Assembly: GCA_035936995.1 (NCBI GenBank)
Contig: DASYVR010000025.1
Coordinates: forward strand, 7,920-71,919
Direction: 5' to 3'
Length of the DNA stretch: 64,000 nucleotides
Origin: Candidatus Dormiibacterota bacterium
GTDB lineage: Bacteria; Chloroflexota; Dormibacteria; CF-121
Part shown: in pieces, positions 16,789 to 25,912 of the stretch
How the letters are laid out: each line of letters opens with the position of its first letter
How positions within the stretch are numbered: the first letter of the stretch is position 1
Position numbers and translations under genes: made by a program
Notes under the pieces: generated by a model
Database searches by the model: none
What the model saw: the letters and a program-made list of their open reading frames with translations, nothing else
What the model was told of the DNA's origin: nothing

Positions 16789-18117
16789 ATGGCCGACCAA
16801 GGGTTGTCGTTCGAGAGGCGAATCAGCCGTCGGGAGGTCTTAAAGACGATCGGAGGGGGCGCCCTGATGCTCGGCTCGGCCGACCTGCTGGCCGCGTGCG
16901 GCGAGATCAAGGGTTCGAGCACGACCACCAGCGGCACGATCGTGATCGGCTACGTCAGCCCGCAGACCGGCGCGCTGGCCGGATTTGCGTCCGGCGACAA
17001 CTACGTACTCAGCCAGGTGAGGGGCACGAGTACCTACAAGAATGGGTTCAAGCTGGGCAGCAAGACCTACGACGTAAAGCTTGTGGTCAAGGACACGCAG
17101 TCGAGTCCCGATCGCGCCTCACAGGTGGCCCACGAGCTGATCCTGACGGACAAAGCCGACCTCGTCCTCACATCCTCGACCCCGGAGACCACCAACCCGG
17201 TGGCCGACGCGTGCGAGGCGAACGGCATCCCGTGCGTCTCCACGATCGTGCCGTGGGAAGCCTGGTTTTTCGCTCGTGGCGGGAAGCCCGGGACCAGCTT
17301 CAACTTCACGACCATGTTCTTCTTCGGCATGCAGCAGTTCGGCGAGTGCTTCATCCCGATGTGGGATCGGATGAACACCAACAAGGTGGTCGCCTTCACC
17401 TACCCCAATGATGCCGACGGCAACGCCTTCCGCGACAATAAGACGGGCCTCGAGTTCTATTCGGCGCAAGCGAGCTACCACAATGTCGACGGTGGGGCCT
17501 ACCCCGACGGGACCACCGACTACAACAGCATGATCGCCAACTTCAAGAGCAAGGGCGCGCAGCTCTTCACCAACGCCCCCATCCCGCCCGACTTCAACAC
17601 GATGTGGAAGCAGGCGTCGGTGGCCGGTTTCAAGCCGAAGCTGGCGACGGTGGCCAAGGTCCTGTTGTTTCCGGCGGATACCGAAGCCATCGGCGACCTG
17701 GTCAACAACGTCGCGACCGATGCCTGGTGGACGCCATACCATCCCTACACCTCGTCGCTCACCGGCCAGACCTGTAAACAGTTCGCTGACGCCTTTGAGT
17801 CATCCACCGGCAAGCAATGGGTGCAAAGCATCGGGTCGGTTCACTCACTCTTCGAGATCGCCCATAAGGCGTTCACCGCCGTCGACGATCCGCACAACCA
17901 CACCGCGGTCGCCACGCAGCTCAAGAGCATGAACTACACGGGAATCAGCGGTCCGCTCGACTTCACCAAGGGGCCGGTTCCGGGTGTGGCGATCCAGAAG
18001 CCGGTCGGCGTGCAATGGAAGAAGGGCACCAAGTTCCCATACAGCATGGTCGTGGTGGACAACAGCGCGAACAAGAACGTTCCCGTAAACGGAGACCTCG
18101 TCCCAACCAATCCATGA
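16789..18117 (+). CDS. ABC transporter substrate-binding lipoprotein (LivJ/Peripla_BP_6-like; probable aromatic-acid binding)
   Basis: SD GGGAGGAG at 16773-16780. Tat motif SRREVLK plus lipobox LLAAC. Track ORF 16714.. trimmed. Confidence 0.85.
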   Translation: MADQGLSFERRISRREVLKTIGGGALMLGSADLLAACGEIKGSSTTTSGTIVIGYVSPQTGALAGFASGDNYVLSQVRGTSTYKNGFKLGSKTYDVKLVVKDTQSSPDRASQVAHELILTDKADLVLTSSTPETTNPVADACEANGIPCVSTIVPWEAWFFARGGKPGTSFNFTTMFFFGMQQFGECFIPMWDRMNTNKVVAFTYPNDADGNAFRDNKTGLEFYSAQASYHNVDGGAYPDGTTDYNSMIANFKSKGAQLFTNAPIPPDFNTMWKQASVAGFKPKLATVAKVLLFPADTEAIGDLVNNVATDAWWTPYHPYTSSLTGQTCKQFADAFESSTGKQWVQSIGSVHSLFEIAHKAFTAVDDPHNHTAVATQLKSMNYTGISGPLDFTKGPVPGVAIQKPVGVQWKKGTKFPYSMVVVDNSANKNVPVNGDLVPTNP

Positions 18118-18851
18118 CCGCGGAGGCGGCCCTTCTCGAGCTGGCCAGCGTCAGCAAGCGGTTCGGCCGGATCACGGTCGCCGACAGCCTGTCGCTGCGC
18201 TTTAAGGCTGGGGAGACGGTCGGGATCGTCGGGCCGAACGGCGCCGGGAAGAGCACGCTGTTTGCGATGATCGCCGGCGACCTGAAGCCGGATACGGGTG
18301 ACGTGCGCTTCGATGGGCGCTCAGTCCTTAAGCTCGACCCCGCTACTCGGTGTCGCATGGGGATCGCGCGGACCTACCAGGTGCCACGTCCATTCGAGAA
18401 CATGACCGTCTTCGAGAACCTGCTGGTGGCGGCCTATCGCGGCGGCCAGCTTTCCCGACTTCAGGGATACACGGTGGCGGCGCAGATCCTCGAAGAGACC
18501 GGACTGTCGCAGGATGCGAACCGTCCGGCCGGACGCCTCGGCCTGCTGCACCGTAAACGCCTCGAGCTGGCCCGCGGGCTGGCGACACAACCGCGCATCC
18601 TGCTGCTCGATGAGGTCGCCGGCGGCCTGACGGACCCGGAAGTGGCGGAGCTGGTCGAGATCGTCGAGCAGGTGCGGCAGCGATCGGTGGGCATCGTCTG
18701 GGTAGAGCATGTCGTGCACGCGCTGACCCGCGCCGTCAGCCGCATCATCTGCCTCGCCGGCGGTCGGCTGATCGCGGAGGGCGACCCGCAAGAGGTGCTT
18801 GCCAACCCGGAGGTGAAGGAGGTGTACCTGGGAGTCGACATCCATGCTTGA
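18114..18851 (+). CDS. ABC transporter ATP-binding protein (LivG-like)
   Basis: Walker A GPNGAGKST and LLLDEVAGGL. ATGA overlap with the SBP gene. Confidence 0.85.
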   Translation: MTAEAALLELASVSKRFGRITVADSLSLRFKAGETVGIVGPNGAGKSTLFAMIAGDLKPDTGDVRFDGRSVLKLDPATRCRMGIARTYQVPRPFENMTVFENLLVAAYRGGQLSRLQGYTVAAQILEETGLSQDANRPAGRLGLLHRKRLELARGLATQPRILLLDEVAGGLTDPEVAELVEIVEQVRQRSVGIVWVEHVVHALTRAVSRIICLAGGRLIAEGDPQEVLANPEVKEVYLGVDIHA

Positions 18852-19566
18852 GGTTCGCGACCTGACCGTCCGGCATGGATACCTGCAGGCGCTCACGGAT
18901 ATCAGCCTCACGGTGTCGCCGGGCGAGACTCTCGCCATCATCGGCGCCAACGGCGCGGGCAAGTCGACGCTGCTCCGCTCGGTCGTCGGCCTCCATCAGC
19001 CAAGCGCCGGCTCGATCCTGCTCGATGGCCGGGACATCACCGCGCTGCCGACGCATGCCCGGGTCCGCGAGGGGATCGCGCTCGTTCCCGAAGGGCGCCG
19101 ATTGTTTCCGTCGCTCAGCGTCGAAGAGAACCTGCTGGTCGGCCGATCATCGGGACGCCCCGGTTCGTGGAGCGTGGACCGGGTCTTTCAACTCTTTCCG
19201 TGGATGGGCGACCGGCGCCGCGAGCCGACTGTTCACCTATCGGGCGGCGAGCAACAGGCGGTTGCCATTGGCCGCGCCCTGATGGCGAACCCCCGCGTGC
19301 TCCTTCTCGACGAGCTGTCGCTCGGCCTGGCGCCCACCATGGTGCGACGCATCTACGGGGTCCTGCCGGAGCTGGTCCAACAGGGCATGGCGGTCTTACT
19401 GGTCGAGCAGGACGTCGGCCAGGCGATGCGGGTCGCCAATCGGTTTCAATGCCTGCTCGAGGGTCGCACCACACTCGAGGGCAAACCTGCGGATACGACG
19501 ACGGCAAAGATCGAAGCCGCCTACTTCGGCTTGGCGGGCCGTACCGGCCCAGGGAGCGCCGCATGA
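18844..19566 (+). CDS. ABC transporter ATP-binding protein (LivF-like)
   Basis: Walker A GANGAGKST, signature LSGGEQQ and LLLDELSLGL. 8-nt overlap with the upstream gene. Confidence 0.85.
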   Translation: MLEVRDLTVRHGYLQALTDISLTVSPGETLAIIGANGAGKSTLLRSVVGLHQPSAGSILLDGRDITALPTHARVREGIALVPEGRRLFPSLSVEENLLVGRSSGRPGSWSVDRVFQLFPWMGDRRREPTVHLSGGEQQAVAIGRALMANPRVLLLDELSLGLAPTMVRRIYGVLPELVQQGMAVLLVEQDVGQAMRVANRFQCLLEGRTTLEGKPADTTTAKIEAAYFGLAGRTGPGSAA

Positions 19567-20432
19567 ACTGGGTCAACGCCATCGTCCAGGGGATCCTCCT
19601 CGGCGGCCTCTACGCGCTCTTTGCCTGCGGGTTGTCCTTGCTCTTCGGCGTCGTCCGCGTCGTCAACCTGGCCCACGGCGACTTTGCGGTGCTGGCCGCC
19701 TACCTGGCGCTGGTCGTGATCACGACAACGCACGTGCCCGCGCTGCTCACCTTTGTCATCGTGGCGCCGCTGTTCGCCATCTTCGGCTACGGCGTCCAGC
19801 GGCTGATCATCCAGAAGAGCCTGGACGTCTCTCCGCTGACGACCTTGCTCGTGACCTTCGGGCTCTCCGTTGTCATCCAGAACGTCTTGCTGGTCACGGC
19901 ATCCGCCGACAGCCACTCGTTCGATCTCGGCAGCCTGATCTCGGCGTCGTTGCGCGTGACGCCCGAGCTCTCCATCGGCTACGTGCCCCTGATGATCTTC
20001 CTGACGGCGATCGTCGTCCTCGTCGGTCTGCAACTCTTTCTCTCGCGCACTGCGATGGGCCGCGCGATCCGGGCGGCGGCCGATGACCAGGAGGCGTCGT
20101 CGATCGCAGGCGTGAACACGCGCCATGTCTTCGGGATCGCCGCGGCGATTGCTTTTGCCACCGTCGCCCTCGCCGGCCTGGCGCTGGGAAGCTCTTCGTC
20201 GTTCGATCCGAGCGCCGGCCCAGCGCGACTGATCTTCGCCTTCGAGGCGGTCATCATCGGCGGCGTGGGCTCGCTCTGGGGGACCCTCCTCGGCGGCATC
20301 ATCCTTGGCGTGGCGCAGGCGATCGGCGCCCAGATCGATCCGAGCGGTGGCGTGCTCGCCGGCCACCTCGTGTTCCTCGCGGTGCTCGCGCTGCGCCCGC
20401 AGGGTTTGATCCGGGCTCGGCTGGCCGTATGA
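19563..20432 (+). CDS. branched-chain-type ABC permease (LivH-like)
   Basis: N-terminus MNWVNAIVQGILLGGLYALFACGLSLLFG is typical of LivH. ATGA overlaps on both sides. Confidence 0.85.
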   Translation: MNWVNAIVQGILLGGLYALFACGLSLLFGVVRVVNLAHGDFAVLAAYLALVVITTTHVPALLTFVIVAPLFAIFGYGVQRLIIQKSLDVSPLTTLLVTFGLSVVIQNVLLVTASADSHSFDLGSLISASLRVTPELSIGYVPLMIFLTAIVVLVGLQLFLSRTAMGRAIRAAADDQEASSIAGVNTRHVFGIAAAIAFATVALAGLALGSSSSFDPSAGPARLIFAFEAVIIGGVGSLWGTLLGGIILGVAQAIGAQIDPSGGVLAGHLVFLAVLALRPQGLIRARLAV

Positions 20433-21487
20433 TGGCGCCCATCGCGGCCGGCACAGCGGCGGGGACCGGGCCCGTGCGGGTGACGCGCTCCCGCCGATCG
20501 GCGCTGTGGGGGCTGATCGGCGCGGCGGTCGCGGTCATCCTGCTCGCGACCTTTCCCTACGTCGTCTACGCGGATGTGACGGATCTCCTCGTCAACGCCT
20601 TCATCCTGCTGGTCCTGGCCAGCATGTGGAATTTGCTCGCCGGCTACTGCGGGCTGATCTCGGTCGGGCAGCAGGCCTATGTCGGCGTGGGCGCCTACAC
20701 CGTTCTGCTGCTGGGGCAAAACGGCATCAACCCCTTCCTGGGGATCCCGGTCGCGGTCGTAGTCGCGGCCGCGATTGCGGTACCGGTCTCCTTCCTGGTT
20801 TTCCGCCTTCGAGCGGAGTACTTCGCGATCGGCACCTGGGTGGTGGCGGAGGTGTTTTTCCTTGTCCTCATCCGGTTTCGCTCGCTGGGCGGCGGCACCG
20901 GGACCAGCCTTCCGGGGCTGGCGCTGATCGACCCGGTGTTTCGTCAGGCGTTGACCTACTGGAGCGCGCTCGCCGTAGCCGCGGCGGCGCTGCTCGCCAC
21001 CTACCTGCTCCTCTCCAGCCGGATGGGATTGGACCTGACGGCGATCCGAGACAACGAGGTGGCAGCGCGCAGCGCCGGTGTCCGCGTCACGTCGGCGCAG
21101 CGGATCGTCTACGTCGTGTCCGCCGGCGGCTGTGGCGCCGGCGGCGCGCTGCTGATCATCAGCCAGCTCAATGTGCTGGCCAGCGCGATCTTCAGCGTCT
21201 CATGGTCGGCGAAGATGATCTTCATCGCGCTGATCGGAGGCGTGGGCAGCATCGAGGGACCGATCGTCGGCACCGCCATCTACACCGTCATCCAACAGAC
21301 GCTGGCCCAGTTCGGCGCCTGGTACCTCATCTTGCTTGGGTCGCTGGCCGTGGTCGTCGCCATGTTCTTGCCGAAAGGGATCTGGGGCCTGATCAGCAGC
21401 CGCCTGCATCTGCAAGTCTTTCCAGTCGGCTACTGGCTGCACAACCCCCACCCTGCCCTTCCCGAGAGGGGGAGGGAAAAATCATGA
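20429..21487 (+). CDS. branched-chain-type ABC permease (LivM-like); the C-terminal tail runs through a type-A repeat
   Basis: Polytopic, with LivM-type motifs (GQQAYVGVGAY, RDNEVAARSAGV). Last residues NPHPALPERGREKS are encoded by the repeat. Confidence 0.85.
   Translation: MMAPIAAGTAAGTGPVRVTRSRRSALWGLIGAAVAVILLATFPYVVYADVTDLLVNAFILLVLASMWNLLAGYCGLISVGQQAYVGVGAYTVLLLGQNGINPFLGIPVAVVVAAAIAVPVSFLVFRLRAEYFAIGTWVVAEVFFLVLIRFRSLGGGTGTSLPGLALIDPVFRQALTYWSALAVAAAALLATYLLLSSRMGLDLTAIRDNEVAARSAGVRVTSAQRIVYVVSAGGCGAGGALLIISQLNVLASAIFSVSWSAKMIFIALIGGVGSIEGPIVGTAIYTVIQQTLAQFGAWYLILLGSLAVVVAMFLPKGIWGLISSRLHLQVFPVGYWLHNPHPALPERGREKS
21445..21476 (+). repeat. type-A repeat at the livM-like 3' end, just upstream of pcaH
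   Basis: CCCCCACCCTGCCCTTCCCGAGAGGGGGAGGG, followed by AAAAATC and ATG(pcaH). Confidence 0.9.
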
Positions 21488-22167
21488 GCGAAGACGAGCG
21501 CGAACCCCCATACCTCTACCCCGATTACGTCGGGACGCGACTGCGCGCACCGGCGAAGCCGCTGGTCCACCTTCCCGAGGGGTTTCATGATTTCCCCGCG
21601 CCGCTGTTTCCGCGGACCATCGCGGACCTCGATCACGACCTGACCCGCCGGCACTCAGGCGAGCCGCTCGGCGAAAGGATCATCGTCACCGGCCGCGTGC
21701 TCGACAGCGATGGGCGACCGCTGCGGAACACGATCGTGGAGGTCTGGCAGGCGAACGCAGCCGGCCGCTACCTTGACCAGGATGACCAGCACCCGGCGCC
21801 GCTCGACCCCAACTTCAGTGGAGCGGGTCGCTGCCTGACCGACGGCGACGGTCGCTATCGCTTCATCACGATCAAGCCCGGCGCATATCCGTGGAAGAAC
21901 CATCGCAACGCGTGGCGACCGGCGCATATCCACTTCTCGCTCTTCGGCAGCCAGTTCCGCAGCCGGCTGGTGACCCAGATGTATTTCCCCGGCGACCCCT
22001 TGATGCCGCGCGATCCCATCCTCCAGTCGATCCCGGACCAGGCCGGCCGCGAGCGCCTGGTGTCGCACTTCGATCCCGAGACGACCGAGTCGGAATGGGC
22101 GCTCGGGTACCGATGGGACGTAGTGCTGCGCGGCCGCGCCGCGACGCCTTTCGAGGACGAGGGATGA
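21484..22167 (+). CDS. pcaH: protocatechuate 3,4-dioxygenase beta subunit
   Basis: IVEVWQANAAGRY, RPAHIHFSLFG and YFPGDP. ATGA overlap with the permease gene. Track ORF 20506.. is over-extended. Confidence 0.9.
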   Translation: MSEDEREPPYLYPDYVGTRLRAPAKPLVHLPEGFHDFPAPLFPRTIADLDHDLTRRHSGEPLGERIIVTGRVLDSDGRPLRNTIVEVWQANAAGRYLDQDDQHPAPLDPNFSGAGRCLTDGDGRYRFITIKPGAYPWKNHRNAWRPAHIHFSLFGSQFRSRLVTQMYFPGDPLMPRDPILQSIPDQAGRERLVSHFDPETTESEWALGYRWDVVLRGRAATPFEDEG

Positions 22168-22703
22168 GTGCGCCGCTGACGCCGTCCCAGACCGTCGGAC
22201 CCTTCTTCGGCGTCGGGCTGCCCTTCGAGAGGGGGGAGCAGATCGCTGCGCCGGGGTCGGCCGGCTTGATTCGAATCGAGGGCCAGGTCCTCGACGGCAA
22301 CGGCGACGCCGTCCCCGACGCGCTGCTGGAAATCTGGCAGCCGGACGGGCACGGCCGCTACCGCACGATGGCCGACGGCGAGGCGGCTGGATTCGGGCGC
22401 TGTCGCACGGATCCGGAGGGCGCATTCATCTTCCTCACGGCCAAGCCGGGCCCAACGCCCGCGCCGGACGGACAGACGCAGGCGCCGCATTGCAATGTCA
22501 CAGTCTTTGCCCGCGGCCTTCTCCGTCACCTGGTGACGCGGATGTATTTTCCTGACGAGACGGCGGCCAACGCGACCGATCCGGTTCTGAACCTCGTCGA
22601 GCCGGCACGTCGAGAGACGCTGATAGCGAAGAATTGCGGTGGCGTGCTGCATTTCGACGTCAGGCTGCAGGGCGAACGGGAGACGGTGTTCTTTGCCATC
22701 TGA
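22164..22703 (+). CDS. pcaG: protocatechuate 3,4-dioxygenase alpha subunit
   Basis: TPSQTVGPFF, LEIWQPDGHGRY, HCNVTVFARG and RRETLIAK ... GERETVFFAI are collinear with P. putida PcaG as I recall it. Confidence 0.85.
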   Translation: MSAPLTPSQTVGPFFGVGLPFERGEQIAAPGSAGLIRIEGQVLDGNGDAVPDALLEIWQPDGHGRYRTMADGEAAGFGRCRTDPEGAFIFLTAKPGPTPAPDGQTQAPHCNVTVFARGLLRHLVTRMYFPDETAANATDPVLNLVEPARRETLIAKNCGGVLHFDVRLQGERETVFFAI

Positions 22704-24048
22704 CGCGCTCTTCGGGCCGAGCCTCAGCACCGATTTGATGCTGGTCACGGTGTCGGACCGCGCCTGGGTGCAGGCGATGCTCGACGTCGAGGCGGCGCTG
22801 GCGCGAGCCGAGTCGCGAATCGGCCTCATCCCAGCGAAGGCCGCCGACGGCATCGCGAGTCACTGCCGGGTTGACGAGTTCGACGTGGCTCAACTCGGGA
22901 AGGCCGCCGTCCGCAGCGCGAATCCGGTGATTCCGCTGGTCAATGCGCTGCGGGCAGCCGTGCCGCAGGATGCCGCTCCCTATGTGCATCGCGGCGCGAC
23001 CAGTCAGGACATTCTGGATACGGCGATGATGCTGATCGCGCGGCGCGGCCTCGACCTCATCCTCGCGGACCTGGAGCAGGCGGCCGCCGCCGCGGCGGCG
23101 CTCGCCGACCGGCACCGAGCGACCGTGATGGCGGCGCGCACGCTGCTGCAGCAAGCGCTCCCCACCACCTTCGGCCTGAAAGCGGCCGGCTGGCTCGTCG
23201 CCATCGTCGAGGCGCGATCGGAGCTCATCCGGGTAAGGCGCACCCGGCTGGCGGTGCAGTTTGGTGGAGCGGCGGGCACCATGGCCGCGCTGTCGGACCG
23301 CGGGCTCGATGTCGCCCGCGAGCTCGCGGCCGAGCTCGCGCTGGCGGAACCAACGCTGCCATGGCACACCGCGCGAGCACGGGTCGTCGAGGTGGCGACC
23401 GCCCTGGGGATCGCTACCGGCGTCGCCGGGAAAGTTGCATTGGATGTCGTGCTCCTGGCGCAGACCGAGGTTGGCGAGATCTCCGAGCGCTCGGTCGCGG
23501 GACGCGGTACCTCTTCAACGCTGCCGCAGAAGCACAACCCGGTGGATGCGATCGAGATCCTTGCCGCGGTGCGAGGCATCAACGCCCAGGTTGCCGGGCT
23601 GCAAGGGGCGATGGTCCAGGAACACGAGCGGGCCGCCGGCGCCTGGCAGGCGGAGTGGCCGGCATTCGCGGAGACGCTGCGGCTCGCCGGGGGCGCCGTC
23701 TTCAGGCTGGCGTCGCTGCTGGCGGGACTGCAGGTCGACCCCGGGCGGATGCGACGGAACCTTGACCTGTCCGGAGGCCGCATCATGGCGGAGCACGTGG
23801 TGATGATGCTCGGGGAGCGGGTTGACCAGGTCATGGCGCGAGTGCTGGTGGACGCCGCCATTTCGACCGCGACTTCAACCGGCCGGCCATTCAAGGACGT
23901 GCTTCGGCAGGATCCGGCGATCACCACCTATCTCAAGCCGGACGAGCTGGCCGTCGCACTCGACCCGGCTGGGTATCTCGGCGTCGCCGGCCTGCTGATC
24001 GATCGCGCGCTTGCCGCGTATCGTGCACAACAGAAGGGAGAGGGATGA
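22693..24048 (+). CDS. pcaB: 3-carboxy-cis,cis-muconate cycloisomerase (start uncertain: TTG 22693 preferred, GTG 22639 and ATG 22738 possible)
   Basis: Fumarate-lyase-superfamily signature GTSSTLPQKHNP. The N-terminus LF......SD...QAMLDVEAALARAE aligns with PcaB and puts the start about 5 codons before LFG. Confidence 0.85.
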   Translation: MPSDALFGPSLSTDLMLVTVSDRAWVQAMLDVEAALARAESRIGLIPAKAADGIASHCRVDEFDVAQLGKAAVRSANPVIPLVNALRAAVPQDAAPYVHRGATSQDILDTAMMLIARRGLDLILADLEQAAAAAAALADRHRATVMAARTLLQQALPTTFGLKAAGWLVAIVEARSELIRVRRTRLAVQFGGAAGTMAALSDRGLDVARELAAELALAEPTLPWHTARARVVEVATALGIATGVAGKVALDVVLLAQTEVGEISERSVAGRGTSSTLPQKHNPVDAIEILAAVRGINAQVAGLQGAMVQEHERAAGAWQAEWPAFAETLRLAGGAVFRLASLLAGLQVDPGRMRRNLDLSGGRIMAEHVVMMLGERVDQVMARVLVDAAISTATSTGRPFKDVLRQDPAITTYLKPDELAVALDPAGYLGVAGLLIDRALAAYRAQQKGEG

Positions 24049-24458
24049 ACGACGACGAGCGGCAGGAGCGCGGCATGAAAATTCGCCGCGAAGTCCTCGG
24101 CGACGAGCACGTCGATCGGGCGCAGGCCACGACCACCCCCTTGACGAAGGACTTCCAGGACCTGATCACCCGGTATGCATGGGGGGAGATTTGGGCTCGT
24201 CCGGGCCTCGACCGTCGCACCCGGAGCTGCATCACGATCGCGATGACGGTGGCGCTCAACCGACCTGACGAGCTGGCGATCCATCTTCGCAGCGCGCTCC
24301 GCAACGGGGTGACGGTCGGCGAATTGCAAGAAATTCTTCTGCAAACAGCCGTCTACTGCGGCGTGCCGGCCGCCAACGCGGCATTTCGGATCGCCCAGGA
24401 AGTGCTGGATCCCCACCCTGACCCTCCCCCAGGTGGTGAGGGGCAACCAGCTGAGTGA
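24045..24458 (+). CDS. pcaC: 4-carboxymuconolactone decarboxylase; the C-terminal tail is encoded by a type-A repeat
   Basis: CMD-family motif WARPGLDRRTRSCITIAM ... LLQTAVYCGVPAA. ATGA overlap with pcaB. Tail is DPHPDPPPGGEGQPAE. Confidence 0.85.
   Translation: MNDDERQERGMKIRREVLGDEHVDRAQATTTPLTKDFQDLITRYAWGEIWARPGLDRRTRSCITIAMTVALNRPDELAIHLRSALRNGVTVGELQEILLQTAVYCGVPAANAAFRIAQEVLDPHPDPPPGGEGQPAE
24411..24443 (+). repeat. type-A repeat at the pcaC 3' end, just upstream of the ligase gene
   Basis: CCCCACCCTGACCCTCCCCCAGGTGGTGAGGGG. Confidence 0.85.
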
Positions 24459-25912
24459 CCTTCGCCACGGTGCCGGAGCTTCTGGCTTCGGCCGAGCACC
24501 GCTTCGGCGACGGGCCCGCCATCATCACGACGGAGCGATCCGAATCCTTCCGCCAGCTGGCGCGGTCGACTCGCTCCGCGGCTGAGGCGCTGCGCCGTCG
24601 TGGTCTCAAGCCGGGCGACCGGGTGTTGATGGCGGCACCCAACTCCCCGTCGCTGGTGCATGCCTGGCTTGGGGCGATTTTGGCCGGTGGCATCCCTGCG
24701 GCGGTCAATCCCGAGCTGAGCCAGACTGAACTCGATTACCTGCGCGACGATCTGCAGCCTGCTGTCACGCTGCTCGGTGACGAGGTCAGTGCGCTGGATG
24801 CGAGCTTGATCGAGTCGAAGACGCCGGCCTTCGCCGTCGAACCGCTCGAGGTGGCTGCCATCGTCTACACCTCCGGAACGACCAGCCGCCCCAAAGGGGT
24901 GATAGTCAGACACGCCGCCTACACCGAAACCGGTGCGTCCTTTCCGAGATGGATCGGCCTCAAACCTCCTCAACGTCTGTGGGTCTGCTTGCCGCTGTTT
25001 CACATCAACGCCCAGGCCTACTCGCTGATGACCGCGCTGGCCCATGGCTTCGGTCTCGCGCTGACGCCGAAGTTCCACGCCTCGACCTTCTGGCGCGATG
25101 CGCGAGCGCTCGAGGTGACTACGGTCAACGTCGTGGGCGCAATGCTGAAGTTCCTGGCGGCACAGCCGGAGAACACATGGGTCGAATCGTCGCTACGCAC
25201 GATCTACGCTGCGCCCGGGCCGCCACCGGCGCAGCATAATCGGCTCGAGGCGCGCTTCCGGGTCCGCATCGTGACCGGCTACGGGATGAGCGAGAACCCG
25301 TTCGGCTGCGCCGAGAGCGTGACCTCGCGCACGAAGGCCGGCAGCATCGGACGTCCACGCCAGCCGGCGTCGCGTGCTTTCGAGAACGAGCTGCGCATTG
25401 TGCGGCAGGAAGGCGGCGATGCCGAACTCGGTGAGGTGGGGGAGCTCTGTTTCCGCAACCCGGTGATGACGCCTGGGTATTGGAACGCGCCCGACGTCAC
25501 GGCGGCCACCATCAAGGACGGATGGCTGTACACCGGCGATGCCGGCTTCCGCGACCAGGACGGCGACGTGTTTCTGACCGGGCGGTACAAGGAGATGATC
25601 CGGCGGCGTGGCGAAAACATTGCGCCGGCCGAGGTGGAGGATGCCCTGCTTGCGCATTCAACCGTCCGCGCCGCCGCTGTCTTCGGCGTGCCGGCCGGGT
25701 TGATGGAGGATGAGGTTATCGCCGTCGTGGTTCTTCAAGACGGGGCGCGTCCCGACGAGGCCGCGCTCAAGGCCTGGGCGGCGACCCGGCTCGCCGCCTA
25801 CAAGGTGCCAAGTCGCATCCACTTTCGGGATTCGCTGCCGACGACCGCCACACATCGCGTGGCGAAGGACAGCTTGCGCAAGGAGTATGGCCACGCCGCC
25901 AGCGCCGATTGA
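24455..25912 (+). CDS. AMP-forming acyl-CoA ligase (class I adenylate-forming enzyme), substrate unknown
   Basis: YTSGTTSRPKGV, GYGMSE, YTGD and the terminal K in YKVPSRIHF. GTG start in a GTGA overlap with pcaC. Confidence 0.85.
   Translation: MTFATVPELLASAEHRFGDGPAIITTERSESFRQLARSTRSAAEALRRRGLKPGDRVLMAAPNSPSLVHAWLGAILAGGIPAAVNPELSQTELDYLRDDLQPAVTLLGDEVSALDASLIESKTPAFAVEPLEVAAIVYTSGTTSRPKGVIVRHAAYTETGASFPRWIGLKPPQRLWVCLPLFHINAQAYSLMTALAHGFGLALTPKFHASTFWRDARALEVTTVNVVGAMLKFLAAQPENTWVESSLRTIYAAPGPPPAQHNRLEARFRVRIVTGYGMSENPFGCAESVTSRTKAGSIGRPRQPASRAFENELRIVRQEGGDAELGEVGELCFRNPVMTPGYWNAPDVTAATIKDGWLYTGDAGFRDQDGDVFLTGRYKEMIRRRGENIAPAEVEDALLAHSTVRAAAVFGVPAGLMEDEVIAVVVLQDGARPDEAALKAWAATRLAAYKVPSRIHFRDSLPTTATHRVAKDSLRKEYGHAASAD

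Noticed and set aside
20506-22167. 553-aa ORF that would fuse a long N-terminal region to PcaH
   Set aside because: The first ~326 residues are an out-of-frame read of the livM-like permease gene and are Arg/Gly/Pro-rich. PcaH starts at ATG 21484, with an SD and an ATGA overlap. The same reasoning was used to trim ORFs 25991..27214, 36670..38247, 19167..20432, 1545..2633, 2501..4090, 21891..22703 and 44908..46122.
22201-22245. CTGCCCTTCGAGAGGGGGGAG inside pcaG, which resembles the type-A core
   Set aside because: It lacks the CCCCACCCTG flank. The encoded segment (GVGLPFERGEQ) falls in a region where this PcaG is shorter than the Pseudomonas protein as I recall it, not longer, so there is no sign of an insertion. 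I treat it as chance similarity.
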